A DNA stretch of 64,000 nt from Ranitomeya imitator (Eukaryota). Shown piece after piece: positions 12,701-24,149 of this stretch (position 1 is its first letter; every line of letters starts with the position of its first letter). Both the position numbers and the translations under genes were made by a program. Below the pieces are notes generated by a model. The model was given only the letters and a program-made list of their open reading frames with translations. It did no database searches and had not been told where the DNA came from. The DNA lies in NCBI RefSeq assembly GCF_032444005.1, contig NC_091285.1, forward strand, positions 669,848,001 to 669,912,000. The letters are read 5' to 3'.

Positions 12701-15700
12701 TACCTGGGATATGAACGGGCTGATCTGATTCTTGATCTGCATGAGTCTTCCCAGGCCACGTTCCACAATAGTCGGGAAATTGAGGAGTCGCAGTGTGTGG
12801 CCAGTAGGGGCCGTATCAAAGACCACCACTGAGAAATTCATCCCTTTTACCAACCTGAAAGAGAGAGGCATAATCAGCTATGGTATGTTTCCATGTTAAA
12901 TGGAAGACACAAGGTTAAAGACATGGAAAATGTCCAGGGAGGAAACCGCCCAGATCACTTTATCACTTTCTGCTTCGGAACGGCCGGTGTGTGTGGACAC
13001 GTGTGCCGACGCCTCACCTCATCACCTCCGCATAGCTCATGGCTTCGTCTATCCCGGGGAAGGCGCTCATGGCTTCCTGCATCATCTTCTTGCCCATACT
13101 CAGCATATTGTCCTCCTCAAAGATCTCGTCAGGTAGCTCGGCCACCCCCAGACTGGGGTCTATCTCCTGCACATGAGACGCGGGGAGGGGGAATTATCAG
13201 GATAGATATTAGACCGCTCGATAAACACTGGACGAAGAGAGACCACTCACCATGGCAAAGAGGTTGTCATAGCCGCGCACTTTGGTGGGGACCTTGGAGA
13301 ACTTCTGGTCGAAGGCGTCTGAGATGTTATGAGCGGGGTCCGTGGAAATTATCAATACGCTCTCCCGAATCCGAGACAGCTGGACGGCCAGACTGCAACT
13401 GTGGAGACAGACACTGCTCAGCCGCCACAAAGGGAGCGCAGACCACCGGATGTCTAACTATGGCTCCTGCCGGGGGATAGGCAGCAATGTGGAAAAATGA
13501 GCCAGAGTAAGGATGTGGGCGACAAGGGTCAAACTATCGTCCTAGGAGTCACAGCATCTACAAAACAAGTCTTGTGGGCCCTTCCAGGCATGTGGCCGGT
13601 CTCGCGGGGCCGTTCCCGGCAGGGTGGTTAAAAATCAATGTTTTTTATTAAAAAAAAAAAAATCGAATTTTTTTTATTTAAATCGGATTTTTTTCAATAA
13701 ACTGCTTTTTGAGGAAAATATTTTACCATCCAAAGGTTCTTCCATCATGAGATAAAGCGGAGTTGTTTAACTCAGTAGAATAAAGGCTGTATATGTGTAA
13801 CATTCACAATGCCATGCTCTTCCTGAGGTTTCTGTAGGATTAGTGGGCAGTTTCTCTCCTATATTATCACAGACGCTCGCTTTACTTACGCAGTTCTCAA
13901 AACTGAATTTGACTCCACAGAGGTCCCAGCCTCTTCTTCACGGCAAAAATGTTACAACATGAACAGAGTTGAGAAAAAGACCTTAGGGTATGTTCACACT
14001 ATGCGGTTTTTACCGCGGAACCGCCGCGATTTTGCCGCTGCGGGTCCGCAGCAGTTTTCCATGCAAGGTACAGTACAATGTTACCCTATGGAAAAAAAAA
14101 CTGATGTGCCCACATTACGGAAAATCACGGAAAAAAACGCGCGGAATTGCTGCGGAAAAAAAGGAGCATGTCACTTCTTTGTGCAGAATCGCAGCGATTC
14201 TGCACCCATAGAAATGCATTGATCCGCTTACTTCCCGCATGGGGCTGTGCCCACCATGCGGTAAGTAAGCGGATAATGTGCGGGTTATACCCGGGGTGCA
14301 GGAGAGGAGACTCTCCTCCAGGCCCCGGGAACCATATTTGAGTAAAAAAAAAAAGAATTAAAATAAAAAATCATGATATACTCACCTCTGAAGTCTCAGC
14401 GCTGCACGCGGCCGTCCGGTCTCAGGTTTGCTATGCGACCAGGACCTGCGGGGACGTCGCGGTCACATGACCGTGACATCACGAAGGTCCTGGTCGCACA
14501 GCATCTTTGGAACCGGACCGCCGCCTGCAGTGCCGAGGAGATCGGGACGTCAGAGGGTGAGTATATCATCATGATTTTATTATTTTTAACATTACTATTG
14601 ATGCTGCATATTGCTGCATATGCAGCATCAATAGTAGGGGTAAAATCCCGCAGCGGAACCCGCAGGACAAACTGCGATAAACCTGCAGGGATAACTGCAG
14701 CGGGTTTGCCCTGCAGATTTATCAAATCCACTGCGGGAGAACCCGCAGGGACAGAACGCAACGTGTGAATGTGGCCTTAATCCTATTGTTCTACAAACCT
14801 ATGAATACAGAATCAACCCCTTCAGTGCCAAGTCCAAGAAGTTAGACAATATGTTTCTGATTGTTTGGAGTGGAATAGATCTGCACAACACAAGAAGAAT
14901 GTGAATCTAAGTGTGAGGAGGAGGAAGGGCAAGCAGACAAGAAAATGAAAGTGAAACTTTGAGCACAATACTGCAGCATAGCCACAGACAGACAAGTCTG
15001 GATCTGTTTGTGTGTACGATCTGAGGTTTATTACATTCTTTCCTTATAATGGCAGCAGGCTGTAAAAGAGACCCAGTTTGGGAATATTTTAATGAAGCTC
15101 CTTCGCCTATCGGTAAGGCAGGCATGCGTACTAGGCTGACAGTCTAAGTTTCTTATAATATATATATATATATTTTGTTTAGCCAAATTAGTTAACAAAC
15201 ATGGATGTTTGTTTAAGCAAATAACTTATGCTGTAATGTTATTATTTCAGTTGAATAAATCTATTTAAATTGTTATTAAGGTCAGGATTATTTTTCTCCT
15301 TCCTAAGTAGAACAGAACAGTGGTGTCCAAATATGAATGATTAACCCATTAAACTGGGGAGAAAAAGTAATATAAAAAGTGATTCTAAAAATCTTCATCT
15401 ACTTGCATGTTAAAGTAGCAAGAACTAGTTTAGGTAGAAACTTTGATTTAAATCACTGATTTAAATCAAGCCTTACTGACTAGTGATTTAAATCGTGATT
15501 TAAATCGTGATTTAAATCAGTTAGATTTAAATCAAATCCACCCTGGTTCCCGGTATGCGGCTGGTCTTACTGGCCGTTCCCGGGAAGCGGCAGGCCATGA
15601 GTGGTGTTCCTGGGAAGCGACGGGCCTTGAGAGGCATTCCCGGGAAGCGGCAGGCCTTGTGGGGCGTTCCTGAGAAGCGGCGTGCCTTGTGGGGCGTTCC

Positions 15701-17506
15701 TTGGAAGCGGCGGGCCTTGAGGGGCATTCCTGAGAAGCGGCGGGCCTTGTAGGGCATTACTTGAAAGCGGCGGGCCTTGAGGGGCATTCCTGAGAAGCGG
15801 CGGGCCCTGAGTGGCGTTCCTTGGAAGCGGCGGGCCTTGTGGGGCGTTCCTTGGAAGCGGCGGGCCTTGAGGGGCATTTCCGAGAAGCGGCGGGCCTTGC
15901 GGGGCATTCCCGGGAAGCGGCGGGCTTTGTGAGGCATTCCTGGGAAGCAGGAGGCCTTGAGGGGCGTTCCTGGGAAGTGGCGGGCCTTGAGGAGCGTTCC
16001 CGGGAAGCGGCGTTCCTATCACGAGTCGGGACTTGAGGATCGTTCCTGGTTTGCAGCTGGGTTTGGGGTAAGCGATGGGCCTGCGGGGTGCTCTTCATAT
16101 ATGGGGGGTCTTGTCGGGTGCTCTTCATATATAAAGGGACTTGTCGGGTGCTCTTCATATATGGGGGGTCTTGTCGGGTGCTCTTCATATATGGGGGGGT
16201 CTTGTCGGGTGCTCTTCATATATAAAGGGACTTGTCGGGTGCTCTTCATATATGGGGGGTCTTGTCGGGTGCTCTTCATATATGGGGGATCTTGTCGGGT
16301 GCTCTTCATATATAAAGGGACTTGTCGGGTGCTCTTCATATATGGGGGGTCTTGTCGGGTGCTCTTCATATATAGAGGGACTTGTCGGGTGCTCTTCATA
16401 TATGGGGGTCTTGTCGGGTGTTCTTCATATATGGGGGTCTTGTCGGGTGCTCTTTATATATGGGGGGTCTTGTCGGGTGCTCTTCATATATAGGGGGCCT
16501 TGCTGGGTGTTGTTCATATATGGGGGGGGGGGGGGGTCTTGTCGGGTGCTCTTCATATATGGGGGTCTTGTCGGGTGTTCTTCATATATGGGGGTCTTGT
16601 CGGGTGCTCTTCATATATGGGGGGTCTTGTCGGGTGCTCTTCATATATGGGGGGGGTCTTGTCGGATGCTCTTCATATATGGGGGTCTTGTCGGGTGCTC
16701 TTCATATATGGGGGTCTTGTCGGGTGTTCTTCATATATGGGGGTCTTGTCGGGTGCTCTTCATATATGGGGGGTCTTATTGGGTGCTATTCATATATAGG
16801 GGGTCTTGCCGAATGCTCTAAGCATGCTGTAATGACAAACCAGTGCCCGGTGATGGCGCCTCAGGCTCATGGATATATCTGGAGAATAAAGGTGTCAGGT
16901 CTGATCCCACACACTAGCCCCCTACAGTCGCCCCCATACTTTACACTGCCATGCAGTTCTGTGTGGGAGGGCCCACCAATCAGCAATGGCTGGTGTGGGT
17001 GTGTCTCATAAATGGGCGGGGCCAGATCCAACACACCGCAGCCACCCATGGCGGACCCTCAAATAACGGGACCCCTCGGGGTTACAGCGGGAGGATAAGA
17101 GCTGCCCCCCTCCTGGGGTGATCGGCGGGAATGTGTCGTCATTAGGGCGCTATCTGACCTGCTTATTCACTGAAAGGGTGCATATACTTTTGCAATCATG
17201 TTTCACAGCACCAAAGCGACTGACTCATTACCATGGAAACAGACTACAGAACGTGTAGTCAGATCCTGCTGTCACGTGACAGTGAGCGTCCAATAGGCTC
17301 CCGTTCTCCAAAACACCCCCCATCTCCACCCCACACTTGGTTCAGTCCACCCCTAGTCCCTACCTGCAGGTGGTCTTGCCGACTCCGCCCTTTCCTCCTA
17401 CAAAGATCCACCTGAGTGAGCGCTGCTCTATCACATTGAGTAAGGTGGGCTCTAGCGGCTCCACATCTGGCGCATCTTCAAACTCATCATCCACCGGCGC
17501 AGCCAT
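6641..17506 (-). CDS. get3: GET3/ASNA1 ATPase (tail-anchored protein targeting factor, ArsA family); 7 coding exons, 342 aa
   Basis: complement(join 17364..17506, 13251..13398, 13018..13166, 12704..12854, 12500..12607, 10001..10198, 6641..6772) = 1029 nt. All introns GT-AG and phases consistent. P-loop [24 protein letters not shown], CxxC (CRMC). Confidence 0.98.
6890..9900. repeat. 19-20-bp minisatellite (~150 copies) filling get3 intron 6
   Basis: Unit ctgcacccaggataggagg with ggaagg/cccgg variants; source of the three 800-1000-aa pseudo-ORFs. Confidence 0.97.
10001..10198 (-). CDS. get3: get3 coding exon 6
   Basis: [26 protein letters not shown]...[18 protein letters not shown]; 198 nt; GT/AG flanks. 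Confidence 0.97.
10245..12450. repeat. 35-36-bp satellite filling get3 intron 5
   Basis: Unit gggggcagtattatagtagttatattcttgtacata (gggg/ggag variants). Confidence 0.97.
12500..12607 (-). CDS. get3: get3 coding exon 5
   Basis: [36 protein letters not shown]; 108 nt. Confidence 0.96.
12704..12854 (-). CDS. get3: get3 coding exon 4
   Basis: [27 protein letters not shown]...ISPFISQ; 151 nt. Confidence 0.97.
13018..13166 (-). CDS. get3: get3 coding exon 3
   Basis: [49 protein letters not shown]; 149 nt. Confidence 0.96.
13251..13398 (-). CDS. get3: get3 coding exon 2
   Basis: [49 protein letters not shown]; 148 nt. Confidence 0.97.
13620..15545 (+). mobile_element. Internally deleted hAT DNA transposon in get3 intron 1
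   Basis: TIR CAGGGTGG...CCACCCTG; exact 8-bp TSD GTTCCCGG (13612-13619 and 15546-15553); subterminal gatttaaatc repeats; relic BED-finger start [14 protein letters not shown] at 15049. Confidence 0.9.
13986..14776. mobile_element. PIF/Harbinger-type MITE nested in the hAT element
   Basis: TIR GGGTATGTTCACAC...GTGTGAATGTGGCC; TTA target duplication on both sides. Confidence 0.85.
15560..16010. repeat. 30-bp minisatellite (get3 intron 1)
   Basis: Unit ~ggggcattcctgagaagcggcgggccttga. Confidence 0.92.
16085..16810. repeat. 29-31-bp minisatellite (get3 intron 1)
   Basis: Unit ~ggggggtcttgtcgggtgctcttcatatat. Confidence 0.93.
17364..17506 (-). CDS. get3: get3 coding exon 1
   Basis: [47 protein letters not shown]; donor CAG|GTAGGG. 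Confidence 0.97.
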
Positions 17507-18134
17507 CTTCTCCAGGTATCACGTGACGGCGACAGTTCCTCCCTCCGCGCATGACCCTACACAATTACGCAGCTATCTGCTCTGACCAATCCGAGCGAGC
17601 CTTGTGGGCAGATCGCTTCCGCTATTGGTTAGCTGACATGTCAATCAATGACGACCAGAAACATCTTTGTTTATGATTGGTTCCTTCTAATGCCTATCAC
17701 TGTCAAACTACTGACGCTAAACTATGATTGGATAACCCCTTTCACTCCAAGCGTTGATTGGTTGATTTTTACGTCAATCTCAAACAGGAAAGCGTAGAGC
17801 AAGAGACAGCCAATAGCCTTCAAGTTCATCCCAGCAGCCGAGTCATTGGATAATCGAACTGTCTATCCCGATGAGATCATCTCTGATTGGACAACGTCAC
17901 ATCTCTTGTGTCATATTATTGGCTTTCGTGTTTCTAAGCAATTTTTTTTCTATTCCCGCCTCCAGGAGCGCCGAGTTATTTTACCTTAAGTAAAAGCGCG
18001 CCGCCATTTTTATTTTCGTTCTCCCGGTTCCGCCTTGTTTTTTTTTAAGGGGGGGGGCGGGATACGGGATAACGGGAGGCTTTATGCTGCCGCTCCGCGC
18101 TCTCTGACGGGGCCACGCCACTCATCGTGTGAAA
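17507..18134. promoter_or_regulatory. Bidirectional promoter between get3 and trir
   Basis: 628 bp between divergent ATGs. Nine CCAAT/ATTGG boxes (17586, 17624, 17676, 17727, 17757, 17810, 17845, 17886, 17918). YY1-like CCGCCATTTT at ~18001 and over both start codons. Confidence 0.85.
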
Positions 18135-18416
18135 ATGGCGGAAAGAAGTCCGCGGCCTGGTTCGGAGGAAGACGCCGCGGGAGAAGCGGAGGTAGAACAG
18201 GAAGAAGAGGCCGCGGACTCTCCTCCTCCCCCGCCGCCCGGGGCCGAGGCCCCCTCCTCCGCCGGCCTCCCCTCAGGCTCCGGGTTGAACCTCTTCGCTA
18301 ATGACGGCAGCTTCCTGGAGCTTTTCAAGAAGAAGATGGAGGCGTCCGGGAGCCAGGAGGAAGGCCGGGAGCCGGAGGAGAGGAAGAAGCCGGACAAGCG
18401 GACGCCCACCAGCTTT
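18135..18416 (+). CDS. trir: trir exon 1
   Basis: MAERSPRPGSEEDAAG...NLFANDGSFLELFKKKME...KRTPTSF; donor TTT|GTAAGA. Confidence 0.93.
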
Positions 18417-21400
18417 GTAAGACCCCAAACACGGCGCAGAACTACAGGTCCCAGCATGTCCTGCAGGAGCGCTGCCCTGGGGATGCTGGAACTTGTGGTC
18501 CTTCTCTGCAGGAAGGCTGGGTGACCAGAGCGGCCATGGTGGGCGGCCGCGTACCCTGCTGGATACTGACCCTAATGATCCTGCGGCTGCCGGCCCCGGT
18601 ACACATTGTGCGGAGGGCTGCGGACATGTAGGGGCACGGACCCGGGGGGCTGCGGACATGTAGGGGCACGGACCCGGGGGGCTGCGGACATGTAGGGGCA
18701 CGGACCCGGGGGGCTGCAGACATGTAGGGGCACGGACCCGGGGGGCTGCAGACATGTAGGGGCACGGACCCGGGGGGCTGCGGACATGTAGGGGCACGGA
18801 CCCGGGGGGCTGCGGACATGTAGGGGCACGGACCCGGGGGGCTGCAGACATGTAGGGGCACGGACCCGGGGGGCTGCAGACATGTAGGGGCACGGACCCG
18901 GGGGGCTGCAGACATGTAGGGGCACGGAGCCGGCACCTGGGGGGCTGCGGACATGTAGGGGCACGGAGCCGGGGGGCTGCGGACATGTAGGGGCACGGAC
19001 CCGGGGGGCTGCGGACATGTAGGGGCACGGAGCCGGGGGGCTGCAGACATGTAGGGGGCACGGAGCCGGGGGGCTGCGGACATGTAGGGGCACGGACCCG
19101 GGGGGCTGCAGACATGTAGGGGCACGGAGCCGGGGGGCTGCGGACATGTAGGGGCACGGACCCGGGGGGCTGCAGACATGTAGGGGCACGGAGCCGGGGG
19201 GCTGCGGACATGTAGGGGCACGGACCCGGGGGGCTGCAGACATGTAGGGGCACGGAGCCGGGGGGCTGCGGACATGTAGGGGCACGGACCCGGGGGGCTG
19301 CGGACATGTATGGGCACGGAGCCGGGGGGCTGCGGACATGTAGGGGCACGGACCCGGGGGGCTGCGGACACGTATGGGCACGGAGCCGGGGGGCTGCGGA
19401 CATGTAGGGGCACGGACCCGGAGGGCTGCGGACATGTAGGGGCACGGACCCGGAGGGCTGCGGACATGTATGGGGCACGGACCCGGGGGGCTACGGACAT
19501 GTAGGGGCACGGACCCGGGGGGCTGCGGACATGTATGGGGCACGGACCCGGGGGGCTGCGGACATGTATGGGGCACGGACCCGGGGGGCTGCGGACATGT
19601 ATGGGGCACGGACCCGGGGGGCTGCGGACATGTATGGGGCACGGAGCCGGGGGGCTGCGGACATGTAGGGGCACGGAGCCGGGGGGCTGCGGACATGTAG
19701 GGGCGCGGAGCCGGCACCCGGGGGGCTGCGGACATGTAGGGGCGCGGACCTGGCACCCGGGGGGCTGCGGACATGTAGGGGCACGGAGCCGGCACCCGGG
19801 GGGCTGCGGACATGTAGGGGCACGGAGCCGGCACCCGGGGGGCTGCGGACATGTAGGGGCGCGGAGCCGGCACCCGGGGGGCTGCTGACATGTAGGGGCG
19901 TGGAGCCGGCACCCAGGGGAGCTGCTCACCGCTGGGTCTGCACTTTTCAAGCAGCCCCACAGACAATGAATTATTAATTAGGCTTAATGTCACCTTACAA
20001 TAGCAAGGTGGCATTAACCCTTCATTACCCCATATCCCACCGCTACACGGGAATGGGAAGAGAGTGGCCAAGTGCCAGAATAGGCGGATCTTCCAGATGT
20101 GCCTTTTCTGGGGTGGCTGGGGGCAGATATTTTTAGCCAGGGGGGGGCCAATAACCGTGGACCCTCTCCAGGCTATTAATATCTGCCCTCAGTCACTGGC
20201 TTTACTACTCTGGTGGAGAAAATTGCGCGGGAGCCCACGCCAATTTTTTCCGCCATTTAACCCTTTATTTTAAGAGCTAGAACGGCCAAATTTTGCAGAT
20301 ACACACTACTGACATTAGTAGTGTGGAATCTGCAAAAAAAATGGAGAGAAGACATGGTTTACTGTATGTAAACCATGTCTCAAATCATGTCGGGTTTTAG
20401 GAAGGAGAAGGAAAAAGCCGGTAATTGAATTACCGGCTTTCAAGCTGTATAGCGCTGGAATAAATATTAATATATATACATATATGTGTCTCACTGACAT
20501 ATATATATATATACATACCTATTCTATGTGTACACATTTATTCTACCTATTGGACTGTAAGCTGTCAGTGTGATTTTACTGTACACCGCACTGAATTACC
20601 GGCTTTTCTCTCTAACAGCGCTGCGTATTTCTCGCAAGTCACACTGCTTGTCCGTGTGTAATCCGTATTTTTCACGCTTCCATAGACTTTCATTGGCGTA
20701 TTTCTTGCGCAGTACGGTGACAAACGCAGCATGCTGCGATTTTGTACGGCCGTAGAAAGCCGTATAATACTGATCAGTAAAATACGGCAAATAGGAGCAG
20801 GGGCATAGAGAATAATTGTGCCGTATTTTTTGCGAGTTTTACGGACGTAGATTCTGCGCTCTTACGTCCGTAAAACTCGCAAGTGTGACGCCGGCCTTAC
20901 AGATGCTGATGAAATGCTGACTGTGGCCTAACAATGGATGGTTTATACTCCGGTCATCAGGCGGAATATTTACACCAGTAGATCATTAGCACGAATGGCT
21001 CACTCACCAATTATGTGCTGATGTAGATGCACCACCTCTGATGGGACGGTGTCGGTGTGCAGGGACCATCGCAGTCTATAGAGATGAGCAGATCAGCTCC
21101 GGCAGCCACATCAGTATTTGGGGAACCCCTACTTGCTGGAATCCCTGGCATGTGTTCTGATCAGTGAGTGCATCACTCCAGATCTACAAATCAGGAGGGG
21201 TCTGGGATTCCGGTAGGTAGAGGGGGATTTACTGGGCTTCCACTGACTTGGCTGCTGGACCAGGATCCTGCATATGGATTAGCTCATCCCTACAACGATC
21301 GGGTTGGTAAATCACCTCTAAGTTTCCAGGAATAACAGAGGAACAGATCCCAACAATAAGTGATCACTGGGTCAGTGATAAGATTGTGATCAGTACAGGG

Positions 21401-23669
21401 TCCAACTACTGGGACGGTCACCCCCCTGTTGGGATGTAGCAGAGGTGATCTTGTGGCCCCTGTCTGTTCATTAGCTGCCTAAGAAGATGTCAGTGTAAAC
21501 GCAGCAGCTCCATAAATAATCGAGCATTTCCAAGCCCAGATATCAGTAGGGGTCTCGGCGTCCCTGGGGGTAGACGATAGCCGCTAATGGCAGGAATACA
21601 TTTGCATCTCCTGATTAAAGCAATGGCAGCCCCGTGTAGTGGAGCATTGAATATGGAAATGTAAGGGTATGTTCCCACGGTCAGGAACCGGCAGCACATG
21701 TCCGCTCCATCCAAAGCGTTGCCAGCTTTTGAACGCAGGTGATTCCGCATGTGTTCATTGAACCGTGCAGAGTCGCCGCATCCTATACATTGGATGGGAA
21801 ATTTATCTTGTGGAGACTGAGCTTTTCCGCAAGATAAATTGACGTGCTGCGGTCTCGAAAGACGCGCCACATGTCCGTCTCCACAGGGAAGCCGGAGGCG
21901 TCCCTGCACGCATAGTGGGGATGAGATTTCTTCAGATCCCATCCACTATGCTGTAACATCTGGACGCTGCGGATGTACGCAGAGTCCAACCCGCAGCGTT
22001 TCCTGACCGTGGGAACATACCCTAACTGGTTGGTAGGGATCTAAGACAGAACCTTTACCTAATATGCAACTATCATGTCGAGTGCTCAGTCGCTAGTCAG
22101 TAACTCCTCCCCCTTGTCTTGATTGACAGCTGAATGTCCTACATTAGTGTTCTGCTGAGATTTCACGCTGTACCGGGACCAAGCATATGCAGCGCTCAGC
22201 CACGTCGTCTGTGACCTGTGTACGTGAGAAGATGATAGTGATATAAAGCAATGTTTGAGTTGTCAATCAAGACCTAATGGGAGGCACAGGACAATTGAGA
22301 CCTCATTTGCATTTTTGCTGTATTTTTCAATTGAGACAAGTCAGGATTGAAGATAGGCGGGGGAGGGGATTGTAGCTCCTGACAAAGACTGGACTGGTCC
22401 TTTTCTCCAGGTTTAGTGTTCCTACTAGTGATGAGCGCGCGTGTTCGAATATTGTTATCTCAGTATCTTCAGCCTGCGCGAATAATATGTCTGAGTCCCC
22501 GCGGCTGCTTGTATCGCGGCTGTAACACATGCAGAAATTGCCTGAGAGCCGCGGGGACTCTGACACATTATTCGAGCAGGAGGAAGATACTGGGATAACA
22601 CCACATCGGAGCTCGCTCATCACTAGTTCCAACTTACTGCTTGTGTAACTTCTGGTGTCAGGAGTTTATTGGGGGCTACTCTCCGGCTCTGGTGCCCCCT
22701 GGGCAGGCGGCTGGGGACCATCACAGCAATGCGGTTAGTTTAGTGTCAGCCATTTCCCTACGTTCTGCGCTCCTTCTGAATGTTTCTCATGAGTACGTGT
22801 CTGGATCTGTACATAGTGTGGAGGATGCCACCATAATCCTGCGGATTTCCCCGTGTGGAGGAAGGGTGGCGTTGTCTTGAGGTAGGGACTGTCTTGTGCC
22901 TGTCTAACCCAGGCCTCCCTTATATTCTGTCATATAGAGGGACTCAGAGAGGCTGCCAGGGCTCGTATAACGGTTGCAGTCTTCTGTCCCTTCCACCCCC
23001 AGGTGGGCAAGCGTAGAGGAGGGGCAAAGCTGGCTCTGAAGACGGGCATGGTCACCAAGAAGCCAAAGATGGAGGAAGAGGAGGTGAGAAACGTTAGGAA
23101 TGGAATGCTAAGATGTAAAGATGGAGTGACGAGCCGTGCGGTGTATGTGGGTCATGTCTGAGCCTCCTGGAAGTGATGCACAAAGCCGTGGCCTGACGTC
23201 TCCTGGAGGTGTATGGTATTCATACTGTCTGATCCAGCGAGGCTCGGACCTACAATGTGTATACATAATGGACTCTGACTATAGCCATCTACTGCGGTGG
23301 GCTAGGACGGGTCTACCAGTGGCTAGTGCAAGTAGCCATCTGGAGCACCATAGAAAGGAAAACCAGTCCTGCCTCGCTCCTTTATGTGTTCTATCCCTGG
23401 GGGGCTTCTTTCCATTTCTTACAGTAAAGCAGTGCACCCCCACTGGTACTCGCCACCCACCTGTGTCCTTATAGTCGGGGGCCCTCATCTAGTAAAGAAT
23501 GAGTATTCCTTGTGTTGGGGGTTGTAGCCTTCGCATGGTAACCTTTTTCTTCATCTTCCAGATCCTGACACATAAGGGTGGCGCGTGGGCACAGTACATG
23601 GCAGAGGTGAAGAAATACAAAGCTCATCAGTGCAGTGATGACGACAAAACACGGCCGCTGGTGAAATAA
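18135..23669 (+). CDS. trir: Telomerase RNA component interacting RNase (C19orf43 homologue); 3 exons, 156 aa
   Basis: join 18135..18416, 23003..23083, 23562..23669; all phase 0, GT-AG. Conserved NLFANDGSFLELFKKKME, VGKRRGG.KLALKTG, W..YMAEVKKYKAHQC.DDDKTRPLVK*. Head-to-head with get3, as in human. Confidence 0.96.
18613..19915. repeat. 32-bp (later 39-bp) GC/G-rich minisatellite in trir intron 1
   Basis: Unit ggggggctgcggacatgtaggggcacggaccc; right-hand units carry an extra ggcaccc. Confidence 0.96.
19930..20896. mobile_element. Truncated non-autonomous Harbinger-like element (right end only)
   Basis: Ends GTGTGACGCCGGCC followed by TTA, the same terminal style as the other Harbinger-type MITEs here; no left TIR found. 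Confidence 0.55.
21665..22022. mobile_element. PIF/Harbinger-type MITE
   Basis: TIR GGGTATGTTCCCACGGTCAGGA...TCCTGACCGTGGGAACATACCC; TAA TSD on both sides. Confidence 0.9.
22426..22625. mobile_element. Small hAT-type MITE
   Basis: TIR TAGTGATGAGCG...CGCTCATCACTA; 8-bp flanks gttcctac / gttccaac (7/8 match). Confidence 0.75.
23003..23083 (+). CDS. trir: trir exon 2
   Basis: VGKRRGGAKLALKTGMVTKKPKMEEEE; acceptor ccccccag, donor GAG|GTGAGA. Confidence 0.95.
23562..23669 (+). CDS. trir: trir exon 3
   Basis: ILTHKGGAWAQYMAEVKKYKAHQCSDDDKTRPLVK*; polypyrimidine acceptor; ATTAAA at 24036-24041. Confidence 0.96.
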   Translation: MLTHKGGAWAQYMAEVKKYKAHQCSDDDKTRPLVK

Positions 23670-24149
23670 CACGGAGCCCCATGGACTTGTGCTGGCTGCA
23701 GCCTCTGGGAGCGGCTCAGCCTCGAAGAATATATATTACCAGACCCTACACCTTACTACAAGCTCATGTCCTATGGACCATGGAATGCTAAGCCCTGTAT
23801 GGACTCCTTATAAAGAGAAAAGACTTTCCTTATGGAGAGTGAACCTGCCCTCTGAGGCTAAAGGGGGCAGCGCTGACCCCCAACATGTCTGCTGCTGCCA
23901 CCGCAAGAAGGAATTCACTTTGTCATATGTATGCTTTTTTTGTTTTGTTTTTTTCCCCTGTGCGGGGCACCGTTCAGTTTCCACATCAGTTTTGTAAGAA
24001 TCTTTGTGTTATATCCTTGCATAGATTATTGTTTTATTAAACTAAACGTTGGCTCCGAACACATCCCCCTGCTAAAGTCTGCAGAGGTCCCGACACGCTG
24101 CCAAACTGGTATGGTCTGTACCCTGCCTACCACATATTATACATTATCT

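Noticed and set aside
13040-13060. Apparent frameshift in get3 exon 3 near AFPGID
   Set aside because: Re-reading the strand gives GCC TTC CCC GGG ATA GAC; the frame is intact.
18273-20071. 400-500-aa Pro/Cys-rich ORFs
   Set aside because: They are antisense readings of the 32-bp array in trir intron 1.
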